The translations under genes and the position numbers were made by a program. Source: Octopus bimaculoides (Eukaryota). Taken from it: a DNA stretch of 64,000 nucleotides. The first letter of the stretch is position 1. Every line of letters starts with the position of its first letter. The stretch lies in contig NC_068993.1 in the NCBI RefSeq assembly GCF_001194135.2, positions 36,493,624-36,557,623 of the forward strand, given 5' to 3'. Below, piece after piece: positions 23,291 to 36,800 of this stretch. The notes beneath the pieces were generated by a model. That model made no database searches and had not been told where the DNA came from. It saw nothing but the letters and a program-made list of their open reading frames with translations.

Positions 23291-26200
23291 ACATCCTCTG
23301 ATACCTATCGTTTGACTCCCCTTTTTTGTAACTCACTATGTTCACACCTGATGTGCCTCTTAACTCTGTCACTATGCATCTTCTCCTGCTTCTCTACTTC
23401 ATTTCATCTCCCTATTATCATTCTATGGGTTTTATTATACTGTTCTTCCCATCACTTTTTTATGTATATATTACTACCTATCATCTTTTATTTTCCTTTC
23501 ATTCCCCCACACTTGGGCTCACCATTCCCTACACTGCCATCCATCATCCATGTTCACTATTCACTGCTGTTACTCTCCTTCCACACTCTCAAGAACCTTC
23601 TTACTCACCCAGCCAGTCTTGATTTTCTGCCTCTACTCTCTCCCTCTATTCAGTTTTTTTTACCTTGAGGGTATACCTTAGCACCAATCTCCACCATCGT
23701 TTCTTCTCTTCCTGTTAGAGTAGCCACTTATCTCCTCTACAATAAAACACCTGTTACTCTTTTCCTCTTTAGCTTCTCTACACCTGATAGAAAGCCACCT
23801 CCTTCAATACTACACCCCAACTCAGTCAAAGGGTCTTGTCTTGTGAATTACTTGGTGACCTCACTGGTGCTGGTGCCATGAAGAAAAAAAAGCACCTTTA
23901 CATTCTGTAAATTGGTTGGCATAAAGAAGGGCATCCAGCTGTAGAAATGTTGCAGGATCAAACATTGGAGACCAACACAGCCTTCATGCTAGATGGATCT
24001 TGTGTAACCATCCAACCCATATCAGCATGGAATATGAATGTTAGACGATGGTGATGTCCTACTGCATGACATCTTGGGCAAGTGTCTTTTATAGGCCTTA
24101 GGCCAACCAAAGCCTTATGAGTGGATTTGATAAATGGAAACTGAAAGAAGCCTGCCATATGTATGTGCGTTTGTGTTTGTGACCCCACCACCACTTAACA
24201 ACTGGTGTTGGTGTGTTTATGCTCCCACAACTTAGCAGCTCAGCAAAAAAGACCAATACAATAAAGTACCAAAAAAAATTAGTAAAAATTCTTCAAGGTG
24301 GTGCCCCAGCATGGCCACAGTCTAATGACTGAAACAATTAAAAGATATGTTTGTGTATAGCTCCTTGTTTTGGCATCACATGAGAGTCATAAAGGAGTGT
24401 CATGGTCATAAAAGCAGTTGCATTGTTGACATTCCTGTCAACAGAATGCATCAAATCTCTTCACTTCTGAAGGTGAATGAGATGAAAACTGCTTTGCTTT
24501 ACTTGAAAGACAAGTAAGGATTAACAGTAGGGAAAACATCCATCTGTAGAAACAATTCCACACACACTCATCTAACTCATGGTAGCATGGAAAAATGAAT
24601 GAAGGATTACATGCACACAGTGGGCTTCTGCATAGCTTTCATTCACCAGATTTCCTTCACAAGGTATAAATTCACTCAAGGATTCAGTAGAAAAAAAAAA
24701 AAACTTGGTACCAAGTTAACCAAGTAATACACAGTGAGATGGAATCAAGAGCCACCTTGTTGCAACAGGAAACCTCCTAACCACACATCAATGCCTGTGT
24801 CCACTCAGAAAGCCCCAACAGTTTATCTCAAAGGACTAAACATGCTTACGTCTCCCTAACATATTTACATCTTATGTTGTATAGGAAAAGGTAAAGTTTT
24901 ATTAGAATTATGTTTGACTTCAGAGAAACCTATATATATATATTGTAATATTTCACCAGAATTTGTTATAATAGTAACATGTAGTAACTCTGTAAAGTGG
25001 TTGACATTAATAAGGACATCCAGCCATAGAAACATGCCAAAGTAAAATATTGGAGCTCAACATGGTCATCTGGCTCATCAGATACTGGTACTCCATTTGT
25101 TTTGACAAGTGTTGCAGTTGATTTGATCAATGGAACAGTCCACCTGTGAAATTAATGTGTAAGTGGCTGAGTACTCCACAGACATGCATACCCTTAACAT
25201 ATTTCTCAGGGAGATTCAGTATGACTTACAATGTGACAAGGCTTGCCCTTTGAAATATACGAAATACTCACTATTGCCAGCTGAGTGGACTGAGGAAACG
25301 TGAAATAAAGTGTCTTGCTCAAGGACACAACACACTACCATATATCAAACTCACAACCTTATGATCACAAGACTGGAAATAAAGGACACTACCTGCATGA
25401 AGGTGACACTCATTTACAACTACTAAGCAATGTGAACATAAAGAGACAATAATACACACACATACAATGGACTTCTTTCAAATCTACTCACAAAGCTTTG
25501 GTTGGTCCAAGACTGCAGTAGAAAACACTTGCCCAGGGTATCATGCAGTGGGACTGAACCTAGCATCATGCAGTTTGGAAGCAAGCTTCTTACCACACAG
25601 CCTGGGTAATATACTGACATTTAAATAGATGACATATGTTTTATCACTCAAAGGATGGTGAGATGACAGATATAGTAAAATACATGGCTATATGACTTAC
25701 AGTGTTTAATTAAAATTGCTTCGTGAAAGATCAGGTATTACTGGAGTTAGACTTGTTCATTTCTTTGTGGAGTTCAAATATCAGTATGTTAATAACATTT
25801 TCTTTCTCTTTCCTACAATATGAGGAAGCCAGTGAAACTGGGAAAACAAAACAAAAAACACATGCAAAAAGCTCAAATTTCGTTCATAATTTTCAGCACA
25901 TTTTCTAAATACCAACATTTCATCAGTGTTGAGATATGAATGAACATGAGTGTGGTGGTGTCATAGATGGAATAAGGTTTTGATTGTGATTTATGGCAGC
26001 TAAAAGTCCTTGATTTACCATTTATTTATTGAAAGTAAGAACCAAAAACATGTTGAAGACATGAGAACATTTTTTAAATAAATATTTAAAACAAAAGCAT
26101 TGTAAGGTTAATATTTTTATTTATTTAGAAAAAAACTGATAATGAAAAAGCAGTTGATTTTAAAAATAATTTTTCAGTATGTTTTGAAGCTAAAGAGGAC

Positions 26201-28790
26201 AGATTTTTTTCTTGGACAGTTTTTTTTTTTTTTTTTTTTTTTTGTCTTTGCCTGTTGCAATATAACCACAATCCATGCAAAATAATTTTCTTCTTTAGAA
26301 TTGCAAAAAAATAAAAATAAATAGTTTGGAAATATTTTTGCCATGATTTTAATCTTTTATTTTTCATAGAATATCCCAAATTGTCAGGAATGAAAAATGA
26401 AAAGATCAAAAAGAAAAAAAAAACATTTTGCAGTAAGTAAATAGCAAAATTATTATGTAATCTTTGTTCATTTTGTCAGTTAAGTCATCACAGCTATGGT
26501 CATGCTGGGACATTGCATTATAATTCCTGGGAAAAATTTCAAGATATTTTATCTTGATCATTTATCAATCATTAATGATAATAATATTAATAATAATGAT
26601 AATAATAATTAGCGCAATGCCACAAAAGAATAAATTTATATCACTGTGTCTGACATCTTCTTGACTATTTTTCATGCCAACATTTTTACTTAATTCCACT
26701 CTCTTACATCTTAAACTTCTCTGGAACTCTCTCTCACCTTGCCCAAACCAAAAGTTCAATTTTTACATAGTTGCAACAATCACACTCAGTTTTATTTCAG
26801 TCTGTAAAGTTCTTCAAAAGCTAAGAACATTCCTTTTTCTTCTACAGTTAAACGAAGATATAAAAGAAAGGCAACTAAAATCAAATGTCTTTTAACATCT
26901 TAGAAAGTAATTTTTTTATTGGTGAGTCTAGAGAGAAAGGGTTGCACCTATGAATCTTTAAATGTGGGTCCTCCTGAACTGGGGACATCGATAAGGTTAA
27001 TGCTCAGTTCAAACATCTATGCATTACCATCTACAAGAAAATCATGGCAGGATGAGAGGTGAGAGATATCTAGCTGCTATGTCAAGCAGATTGGGTCACC
27101 ACATAGAATCTCTCACTCACTGGATAATGTAATCCCAGATATTTTATGTTAGCCAAAAAGCATAAATAAACAAGGACTGGAATGTCTTTTATCATGGTCT
27201 GTTTATTCTAGGCTAACTTGAAGCTAACTACCAATCTAGGGAGCCATATCTCTTTCAAACCACACCTTACCATCTTAAAAAATATAATAAATGAAGGACT
27301 CTTCATTAGACAGTGTAGTCTTGGATATATAAACAAGATGAGATGGTCACAACTGGAATGTCTTTGATAGTTCATAGGTCTGTTTGATCAAACCTCACCT
27401 GGGACAAAGCAACAACATGACAGAAAAGAAATTACAATGTCATGGGCTTAATTTAATTATCAATATAATTAAATGCTTAATGAAATATCAAACATTGCCA
27501 TCATGTCAGTAGATCATCAGACTAAATATCATTTACTTTTACATCAGGGTGATAGGTTGGCAGAATTGTTTGGGCATTGGACAAAATGCTTTGCAGTATT
27601 TAGTTATGGCATTTTATGTTCTGAGTTCAAATGTTGTGAATGTCATTTATGCTTTTCATCCTCCCATGGTAAATAAAATAAAGTACCAGTCAAAATACTG
27701 GGTGGGAAGCAGGGTGATCATCTAGCCCCATCTCCCATAAATTTCAGGTCCTGTGTCTTTATCATAAACAATTATTAAGTTGGTATTTGTAATGAAACTA
27801 AAATAAAAATTCTTACATAAAATTATAATAGAAAACTTTTTTAATTCTCATATGAATACTTTGAAGATTAGTGTATTGTATTATGAAGCCAGAGGTGATA
27901 GCCTTAGGTGGGTTGGTTTCAAAAGAATTAAGATGAACAACATCCTTTGATATACTGAATTTACTTTGCCTTATCTTTGATTTTATTTAATTAATTTAAT
28001 AAATTAAATTTCTTCAGAGCGAAAAAAAATAATTGTTGTTGACAGTCAACAAGAAACCTTTTAATATTTCAGACTAAAAAATATTTTTTGCTAAAAGTAG
28101 TAGCAGATGGGGTAGTGGTGGTAGTGCTATCTCCAGGCATGAGTATACTGGGTAGTTGCCTAGTGGCCTCACAGGTCTAGGGGGAATTTTAGTCTATTTA
28201 TGTTGTGGCTTTCTGTCAATAAATACATATTATAGGGCCCAGTGCACTAATTTGCCAAGGAATTTTTAATGCTGCTAAAATGGCCCTGGGAGATTGAGGT
28301 GGTGGTGATAGTAATAGTAGTAGCAGTAGAGATAAAATGCTAGATGAAATCATTTGGAGTTTTTATATTTTATATAATGTATTTTTGTGAACAACATTCT
28401 AGTTTGTTTTAGGTTTTCAATGGATCTATCATTAATTTATGGCATTTAGAATGTTTTAGTTCAAATCTTAACCCCAAGGTCAACTTAAGCTTTCATTCCT
28501 CTTTGGTTCATAGAAAAATACTAATATTGAAGTGCAAGTCGATTGACCCCCATCTTTGCCCTCTCTTTTATAAAAACTGGTTTTGTATCTAGCCAACAGA
28601 AACCAATATTTTAAAGTGAACTTGCTGATCAGCAAAAATAATGGTTCACAAGAAAGAAAGGTTTGGTGGATGTGATGACAGATTGCAGAATATTTCATAT
28701 CTTTGTATCAGGCATGTACCATCAGTAATTACTCAGGGTAGGCAGTTGGTGACCTTTATGTAGTAATGTGTGTGTGTGTGTGTGTGTGTG

Positions 28791-29171
28791 TTGGCACTCC
28801 GTCGCTTACGACGTCGAGGGTTCCAGTTGATCTGATCAACGGAACAGCCTGCTCATGAAATTAACATGCATGTGGCTGAGCACTCCACAGACACGTGTAC
28901 CCCTAACGTAGTTCTCGGGGATATTCAGTGTGACACAGTGTGACAAGGCTGACCCTTTGAATTACAGGCACAACAGAAACAGGAAGTAAAAGTGAGAGAA
29001 AGTTGTGGTGGAAGAGTACAGCAGGGTTCGCCACCATCCCCTGCCAGAGCCTCATGGAGCTTTTAGGTGTTTTCGCTCAATAAACTCTCACAACGCCCAG
29101 TCTGGGAATCGAAACCACGATCCTATGACTGTGAGTCCGCTGCCCTAACCACTGGGCCATTGCACCTCCAC
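28791..29171 (-). mobile_element. SINE family A, full length
   Basis: Reverse complement of 7008-7372 at high identity; (CA)n tail. Confidence 0.88.
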
Positions 29172-30639
29172 ATTTTATGTAGTAAAACACACAAAAAATA
29201 AGCGAAACATAGGCACGCAACTGAGTTGAAAGTGGATTTACTTCTGCCTTTATAACATGTAAAGAAAACGGTGTTGTACGAGTGTACACAGTACATGTAC
29301 CACAGCAGTACTATGTGTAGCTTAAATACTGAGATTGAAAAGCAGGGGTGAATTATGCCTGCCTAATCTACAAAAATATAAAATATTTTGTATTTTATGC
29401 ATAGTAATCAGAGTAACCTTCATAATTTCATTGAATAAGGTGCATATTTTGCCATAAAAGGAAAATATTGCTATTGATCTATTTTATTCAAAGTAAGCAC
29501 TGCCTATCTAGGCAACATGTCTGCTTTGTATAATTTTAAAAAATAATTTCTTTAAAAAAACACATACATATATACACAGATTGTTTCATCATCATCATTT
29601 AACATTCATGTTCCATGCTAGCATGGGTTGGACAGTTTGACAGAATCCAATGGATTCAAGAACTGTGTCATGCTCCAAATGTCTACCTTGATATGGTTTT
29701 TATTTGTACTCTGTTATGTTCCTTTTGTCGGGTATAAAAGAAACAACTATTTAGTTGGCATGCAGTGTTGAATTCGATATTTTGACATGTAAATGTGGCC
29801 AGAACACAAGTTGATGGGTCCTATATGTTGTTTACCCCACCGAAAGTCTGTTCTGATTGAGCAAGACTATCATCAGAGGTGTTCAACTTATGACAGGGTG
29901 GATGGGGACTGGGACCAACTATAAATGGATATTTTCCTCACATTCACCAGACCGTTAGAGAAACCATCTGTTGGATAATGATATTTTGATATTCTGTTCA
30001 TTATATCTTTTTTATTTAAGCGAGTACACTGTGATTGAGGAAGATCTGGTTGCTACTTCTAGCTGGGGATGTAAGACCAGTAGCATCATTTAAAGTAAAC
30101 AACAGACTTGTCTGCTGACAGATTGCTTGTCTAAGTGTATAGTATGATGGCTGGAAAGACATTTAGCATTTACATCCACCTTGTCTTTTGATGTTGGGTC
30201 TTAAAAACACCAGCTTTTTATACCTTCAGGTTACTGGAAACGTTGTTTTCTATTCTACAATCACAAAGGCTTGTGGATTGGCATAAACAGTAGAGCGCTA
30301 GACTAAATACCTGGTATCCCTTTATGAAGTCGACTTTGCCTTCTGGGTTAGCAAAATAAATATCAGCTATATAATGAGGTTAATTCAATTAATTATTGCA
30401 CTCATAAATTTCTAGTCTTATATTGATACCAGAAATCTCTATATAACACATATAGATTGTTAATCAACAGGTTGTGGGTTCAAGTCTTACTACAACCATG
30501 TTGATATATGTTTAGATCAACAATTCCTAACCTGAGAGAAATGTTAGAATTCTAGGGGTACATTTGGTGTTTCTGGTGAAGAATTTATTTTAAGTTGAAA
30601 AATAATCATTATTGGTGCAATTTCTGCTAGGCTCATTTT

Positions 30640-30860
30640 AATGTCCACTTTTCTATGCTTGGCATGAGTCAAACAGAATTTGTTGAGGCAGATTTCTTAT
30701 GGTTAGATGCCCTTTCTGTCACCAATCCTCAGCTGTTTCCAAGCAAGGTAATATTTCCACATGATCAGACAAGTTTTTACAGAAAATTGGAAATTAACAC
30801 TGCTTATATGACAGTGACACTTGTTTACAACTATCACATGATATGTGTGTGCGTGTGTGT
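30640..30860 (-). mobile_element. Interspersed repeat family E (LINE-tail-like)
   Basis: Homologous copies at ~37565-37830 (-), ~38650-38880 (+) and ~50990-51150 (+). Confidence 0.7.
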
Positions 30861-31403
30861 GTGTATCTTTTATTTCTTCCATCTCCAGACTGTGGCCATG
30901 CTAGGGTACCGCCTTGAAAGGTTTTAGGTGAATGAACCAACCCAAGTACTTAATTTTTTTTAAAGCCTGGTACTATTGATCTCTTATGCTAAACCACTAA
31001 GTTAGAGGGAACATAAATAAATACCAGTTGTCAAACAGTGGTGAGGAATAAATATGAAGATACACACGCACATGCACACACATACACCATCATCATCATT
31101 GTTTAACGTCCACTCTCCATGCTGGCATGGGTTGGACAGTTTGACATAGAGCTGGCTAGCAGAGAGCTGGCATGGTTTCTATGGCTGAATGCCCTTCCTA
31201 ACACCAACCACTTAGCAGAGTGTGCTAGGTGCTTTTGACATGCTACTGGTATGGGTGTGTTAATGCAGTGCCATCATGGGTGCTTTTTAAGTGGCACCGA
31301 CACCTGAAAGGACAGACCTGTATGTGTGGAAGACAGTGATTTTACTTAGCTTGACATGTCTTATCAAGTACAGCAAATTACCACATCTCCCAGTCCCTTA
31401 TCC

Positions 31404-31818
31404 TCATCATCGTTTAACGTCCGCTTTCCATGCTAGCATGGGTTGGACGATTTGACTGAGGACTGGTAAACCAGATGGCTACACCAGGCTCCAATCTGAT
31501 TTGGCAGAGTTTCTACAGCTGGATGCCCTTCCTAACGCCAACCACTCCGAGAGTGTAGTGGGTGCTTTTACGTGCCACTGGCACGAGAGCCAGTCAAGTG
31601 ATACTGGCAACAGCCACGCTCAAATGGTGTTTTTTATGTGCCACCTGCACCGGAGCCAGTCCAGCAGCACTGGCAACGACCTGGCTCAAATGTTTTTTTT
31701 TTCACGTTCCACTGGCACAAGTTCCACTAAGGCGACGCTGGTAACAATCACATTCAAATGATGCTTTTTACATGCCACCGGCACGGAAGCCAGGCAGCTG
31801 CTCAGGCAATGATCACAC
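31404..31818 (-). mobile_element. RTE LINE 3'UTR copy
   Basis: Reverse complement of 53815-54190 / 2880-3095. Confidence 0.85.
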
Positions 31819-32421
31819 TCGGATATACAAGCTTCTTTCAGTTTCTGCCAACTAAATATACTGACAAGGCTTTGGTCAGCCTGAGGTTATAGCAGAAGAG
31901 ACTTGTCCAAGGTGTTATGCAGTAGAACTGGACCATGTGGTTGGGAAAGCAAACCTCTTACCATATTACTACACATATCTTATGCTAACAATAACTGATG
32001 ACAAATAAACCAACATGAATTGAACCACTGATTGGGAAAATACCCATGAACTGTTGAGAAATAAGTAAATGGATAACTAAAATAAAAACTGGGAAAAGGT
32101 GAGGGTGGAGGAATAGAAATAAAAACAAGCAAAAAATATAAAACAAAAATTCCCCTTCCAACAGTGTTTATTGATGATCAATGAAAGAAACAAGATTTGG
32201 AAAATATTAAACAACTGAAAAAAAAATCCCCAACAAAAGCAACAAAAAAAAAACTCACACTAGGACAATGAAACAAGGTTGTAACATTACAGAATTAGGT
32301 ATGTTTGTGGGGGAGTGAGAAGGATTGGGATGTGTGAGAAGGTAGGGTATTTGTGTGTACACAAAAGTGCTTGTGTGTATAAGTGTGTATGTATAAGTAT
32401 GCATAGATATATTTTTGTCTT

Positions 32422-32476
<55 letters not shown>

Positions 32477-32499
32477 TCACACATATATATACATATATA

Positions 32500-32661
32500 G
32501 GCACAGGTATGGCTGCGTGGTAAGAAGCTTGCTTCCCAGCCACATAGTTCTAAGTTCAGTCCCACTGCGTGGCACCTTCAGCAAGTGTCTTCTACTATAG
32601 CCTCAGGCCAACCAAAGCCTTGTGAGAGGATTTGATAGATGGAAATTGAAAGAAGCCCATC

Positions 32662-32697
<36 letters not shown>

Positions 32698-32889
32698 TTG
32701 TGTGTCTGTGTTTGTTCCCCCCACCACCATTAACTGATGTTGGTATGTTTACGTCCCTATAACTTAGCAGTTCAGCAAAAGAAACTGATAGAATAAGTAG
32801 GCTTACAAAGAATAAGTCCTAGGATTGATTAGCTCGACTAAAGGCGATGCTCCAGTATGGCCGCAGTCATATGACTGAAACAAGTAAAA

Positions 32890-32895
<6 letters not shown>
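32500..32895 (+). mobile_element. SINE family C, full length
   Basis: Head tggctgcgtggtaagaagcttgcttccc, internal (TA)n 32663-32696, tail gactgaaacaagtaaaaga. Confidence 0.85.
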
Positions 32896-32966
<71 letters not shown>

Positions 32967-33488
32967 GAGGATTTACAATACTATCATTGGTTTCATGTGA
33001 TACATTGCAATTATCAAACATTCAACTTAAAAATGTTGGAAATCTGTCTCCATTTTGGATATGTGTATGTATGTATTTGCATATATGTATGAAGTTGCAT
33101 GGCTTAATGATTAGTGTATTTGGCTCCTGATTGTAAGATCATGAGTTCAATACCTGGCAGCACACTATGTCCTTGAGCAAGACACTTTATTTCATAATGC
33201 TCCAGCCCACTCAGCTGGCAGAAATGAATCGTACCTGTAATTCAAAGGGCCGGCCTTGTCACATTTTCTGTCATACTGAATCTCCTTGAAAACTGCATTA
33301 AGGCTACACTTGTCTGTGGAGTGCTCAGCCACTTACATGTTAATTTCACAAGCAGGCTTTTCAGTTAATTGGATCAAGTGGAACACTCGTCATCATAACT
33401 GACAATGCCAGTTCAGTTCATACATATATGTATACATATGTATATTTGGGTGATTGTGTGCGTATATATATATATATATATATATATA

Positions 33489-33909
33489 NNNNNNNNNNNN
33501 NNNNNNNNNNNNNNNNNNNNNNNNNNNNNNNNNNNNNNNNNNNNNNNNNNNNNNNNNNNNNNNNNNNNNNNNNNNNNNNNNNNNNNNNNNNNNNNNNNNN
33601 NNNNNNNNNNNNNNNNNNNNNNNNNNNNNNNNNNNNNNNNNNNNNNNNNNNNNNNNNNNNNNNNNNNNNNNNNNNNNNNNNNNNNNNNNNNNNNNNNNNN
33701 NNNNNNNNNNNNNNNNNNNNNNNNNNNNNNNNNNNNNNNNNNNNNNNNNNNNNNNNNNNNNNNNNNNNNNNNNNNNNNNNNNNNNNNNNNNNNNNNNNNN
33801 NNNNNNNNNNNNNNNNNNNNNNNNNNNNNNNNNNNNNNNNNNNNNNNNNNNNNNNNNNNNNNNNNNNNNNNNNNNNNNNNNNNNNNNNNNNNNNNNNNNN
33901 NNNNNNNNN
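33489..33909. other. Assembly gap (N run) at a (TA)n tract
   Basis: 421 N. Confidence 1.
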
Positions 33910-34110
33910 ATATATATGGGAGAATGTACGAAAAAAAACAACAACAGACGAGGACAGGTGGTGTAAACAACAAAAGGATGTATTAGTTTGATGCTTGGGA
34001 ATACAGAAAGTCTTTAACGTTTTGAGCTACGCTCTTCAACAGAAAGAATACGGAGAAAACAAGGAGAAAAAAAATTGAATGGTGTTTGGTCAGCGATTAA
34101 TCATGGCGTA
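33910..34110 (-). mobile_element. Probable Penelope-like terminal-repeat fragment containing a minimal hammerhead-like motif (34011-34047)
   Basis: Minus strand reads UCUUU-CUGUUGAA-GAGCguaGCUC-AAAA-CGU-U-AAAGA. Confidence 0.45.
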
Positions 34111-34346
34111 TATATATATATATATATATATATACAGAGAGAGAGAGAATTTGGAATCTTTTAGCATGTGTGCTAGCCTGTCGAAATACTCACCAGTTGC
34201 CCTTAATGTAGTTTTATAATTATACTTATAAAATTATGTACTCTATTAATCTTTACCTTAACTGGTTATTACATGCTAATTACCTGATAAAATCACATAT
34301 AGATTTTATCCTTGATTTTAATTAATATATATATATATATATATAT

Positions 34347-34694
34347 CACTGAGGCGATGACTACTGACCGAGACCTTTGGAAATGTGCTGTGCGTGAGAA
34401 GACCCAGCAAGCCAAGTAAGATCGTTGCCAGTGCCCCTGGACTGGCTCTTGTGCAGGTGGCACATAAAAGACACCATTTCGAGCGTGGACGTTTTTGTGC
34501 GGGTGACACGTAAAAGCACCCACTACACTCTCTGAGTGGTTGGCATTAGGAAGGGCATCCAGCTGTAGAAACTCTGCCAAATTAGATTGGAGCCTGGTGT
34601 TGCCATCCGGTTTCACCAGTCCTCAGTCAAATTGTCCAACCCATGCTAGCATGGAAAGCGGACGTTAAACAATGATGATGATGATGATGATGAT
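34347..34694 (+). mobile_element. RTE LINE 3' end copy
   Basis: Near-identical to 2630-3095, with one internal repeat unit fewer. Confidence 0.88.
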
Positions 34695-35489
34695 ATATAT
34701 ATATATATGCATGTGCAATGTCTTTCTCTTTCTTTGGAATGCTCTTACAGTTTACTAACAATAATTTTTAATTTAGACACAGAGGCTGAAACTGGGTGGG
34801 AGAGGGTACAACAGTCAGTTATATTGACCCAGTACTTAACTGGGGTATCTTATGCTCTCAACCTCAGAGGGATGAAAGGCAAAAACAATGCCAGTGAGGT
34901 TTGAAATTAAAACATAGAGAACCATAGCAAACACTGCAAGGCATTTTGTTCAATACTCTAATGATTCTGCCATTACAATAAAGAAAAAAAAAACAAGTAT
35001 GAGAGATAGAGAGAGATAGTAATACATATGGGAAAAAGTAGAGACCGAAAGAGATAATAGAAAAGAGAGTACAAACACTGCTATTATCGAGCCATACACA
35101 CAAGTAATGTTTGGTACCCTCTACCATACTTTTATGCAGTTGCAACCAAACAAACTCTTGGTCATTTTCACTCTTCACGTAGCAAAATATCAAGGATGTG
35201 ACAGCTTCAAAGGAAAAGAACTGTACCCATGAATTTCTAATCATGAGCTATATAACTTAACCACTGGGCTACCCATATTCTCCTTGGTCATATTAAAGTA
35301 GTAATGTATAATAAGGTATGGTGAGCCATTGGTTTGGTTTAACATACTTAAATGTTTTAAGCTGTTGTCATTTGGAAGGAAAGGTATGGATAGAATTCAT
35401 ATTAGTTGACTATTGTTTTGTACTTCTGCAATTTTTCAGAGAATATAGAGGGATAACATAATGATGATGATGATGATAATAATAATAAT

Positions 35490-36800
35490 TTTAGCACAAG
35501 ACCAGTAGTTTTGAGGGGATGGAGCAAGTTGATTACATTGACCCCAAAAAGATGAAAGGCAAAGTTGACCTTGGTGGGATTTGAACTTAGAACATAGTCA
35601 GTAAAAAAATGCTACTAAGCATTTTGCATGAAGTGCTAACAATTCTGCCAACTCACTACCTTAATGATAATAACGATGATGATGATGGCAATAACAGGGT
35701 GAGGGTACATAACAATAATAATAATAATCCTTTCTATTATAGACACAAGGCTTGAAATTTGGGGGAGGGGATAGTCAATTACAACAACCCCAGTATTTGA
35801 CTGGTACTTAATTTATCAACCCCGAAAGGATGAAAAGCAAAGTTAACCTCGGAATGTAGTGACAGGTGAAATACCACTAAGCATTTAGATTGGAGCCTGG
35901 TGCAGCCTTCTGGCTTGCCAGTCCTCAGTCAAATCGTCCAACCCATGCTAGCATGGAAACCAGACGTTAAACGATGACGATGATGATTTCATCCAGTGTG
36001 CTATCAATTCTGCCAGTTTGCCACCTTAACAATAATAATAATAATAATTAGGGCAATGATGGTGAGGGTACATGACGATAATAATCGCAGTAATAATTAT
36101 GATGATGATTTCTTTTTTTGTTTTTTTAAATGATAATAATTGTTGGTAACATAGGCAAAATTCCAGAAATGTTGGGAGAAGGACTAGTTGATTAAAATAA
36201 TCCCAGTACCTGACTGGGACTTTATTGACCTCCAGAAGAATGAAAGGTAAATTTGACCTCAGTGAAATTTGAACTCAGAATCTCAAGAACTGAAAGAAAT
36301 ATGGTTCTAACAATTCTGTCAAATAATTCCTCTGTCAATTTGTGTGTGTGTGTAGTGGGGGGTGGGGGGAGTGCTATTATATCTCCCTCCATACTGACCT
36401 TGATCAAATACAGTTAAATAATAATAATAATTTTATAATTTTGATACAAGGCCAGGAATTTTAATGAGAGGGAAACGTCAATTATATCGACTTCAATGTT
36501 CAACTGGTACTGATTATTATCAACCCTAAAGGATGACAGATAATGTAGACCTAGGCAGGATTTGAACTTATGTACGTAAAGAACCAGAAGAATGTTACTA
36601 AGTATTTTTTCCTGACTAATGGTTCCGTCAATTTGCTACCTCTGTTTCCATGGTACAAGGCCTGAAATTGTGACAGGAAGGGAAATATGCAATTATATTA
36701 ACCTCAGTACTTGATTGGTACTTTATTTTACTCATGCCAGAGAGATGAAAGTCAAAGATGACCTTAGAAGAATTTGAACTCAGAATGCATGAGCTAGATT
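35490..36800 (-). mobile_element. Cluster of five co-oriented SINE family B copies separated mostly by (AAT)n/(GAT)n tracts
   Basis: Copies at ~35490-35660, 35725-36025 (interrupted by an RTE tail at 35883-35985), 36130-36330, 36435-36640 and 36645-36800. Confidence 0.75.

Noticed and set aside
25701-25837. Minus-strand exon-like unit with strong acceptor and gtaagt donor
   Set aside because: All three frames contain stops before the donor; could only be non-coding; unsupported.
28133-28271. hAT-like element (cagg...ccctg)
   Set aside because: TIRs too degenerate and no matching 8-bp TSD.
33393-33991. Long ORFs here, at 1034-1704 and at 14539-15085
   Set aside because: Artefacts of reading through N gaps (except the true TMEM144 exon end and the RT fragment).
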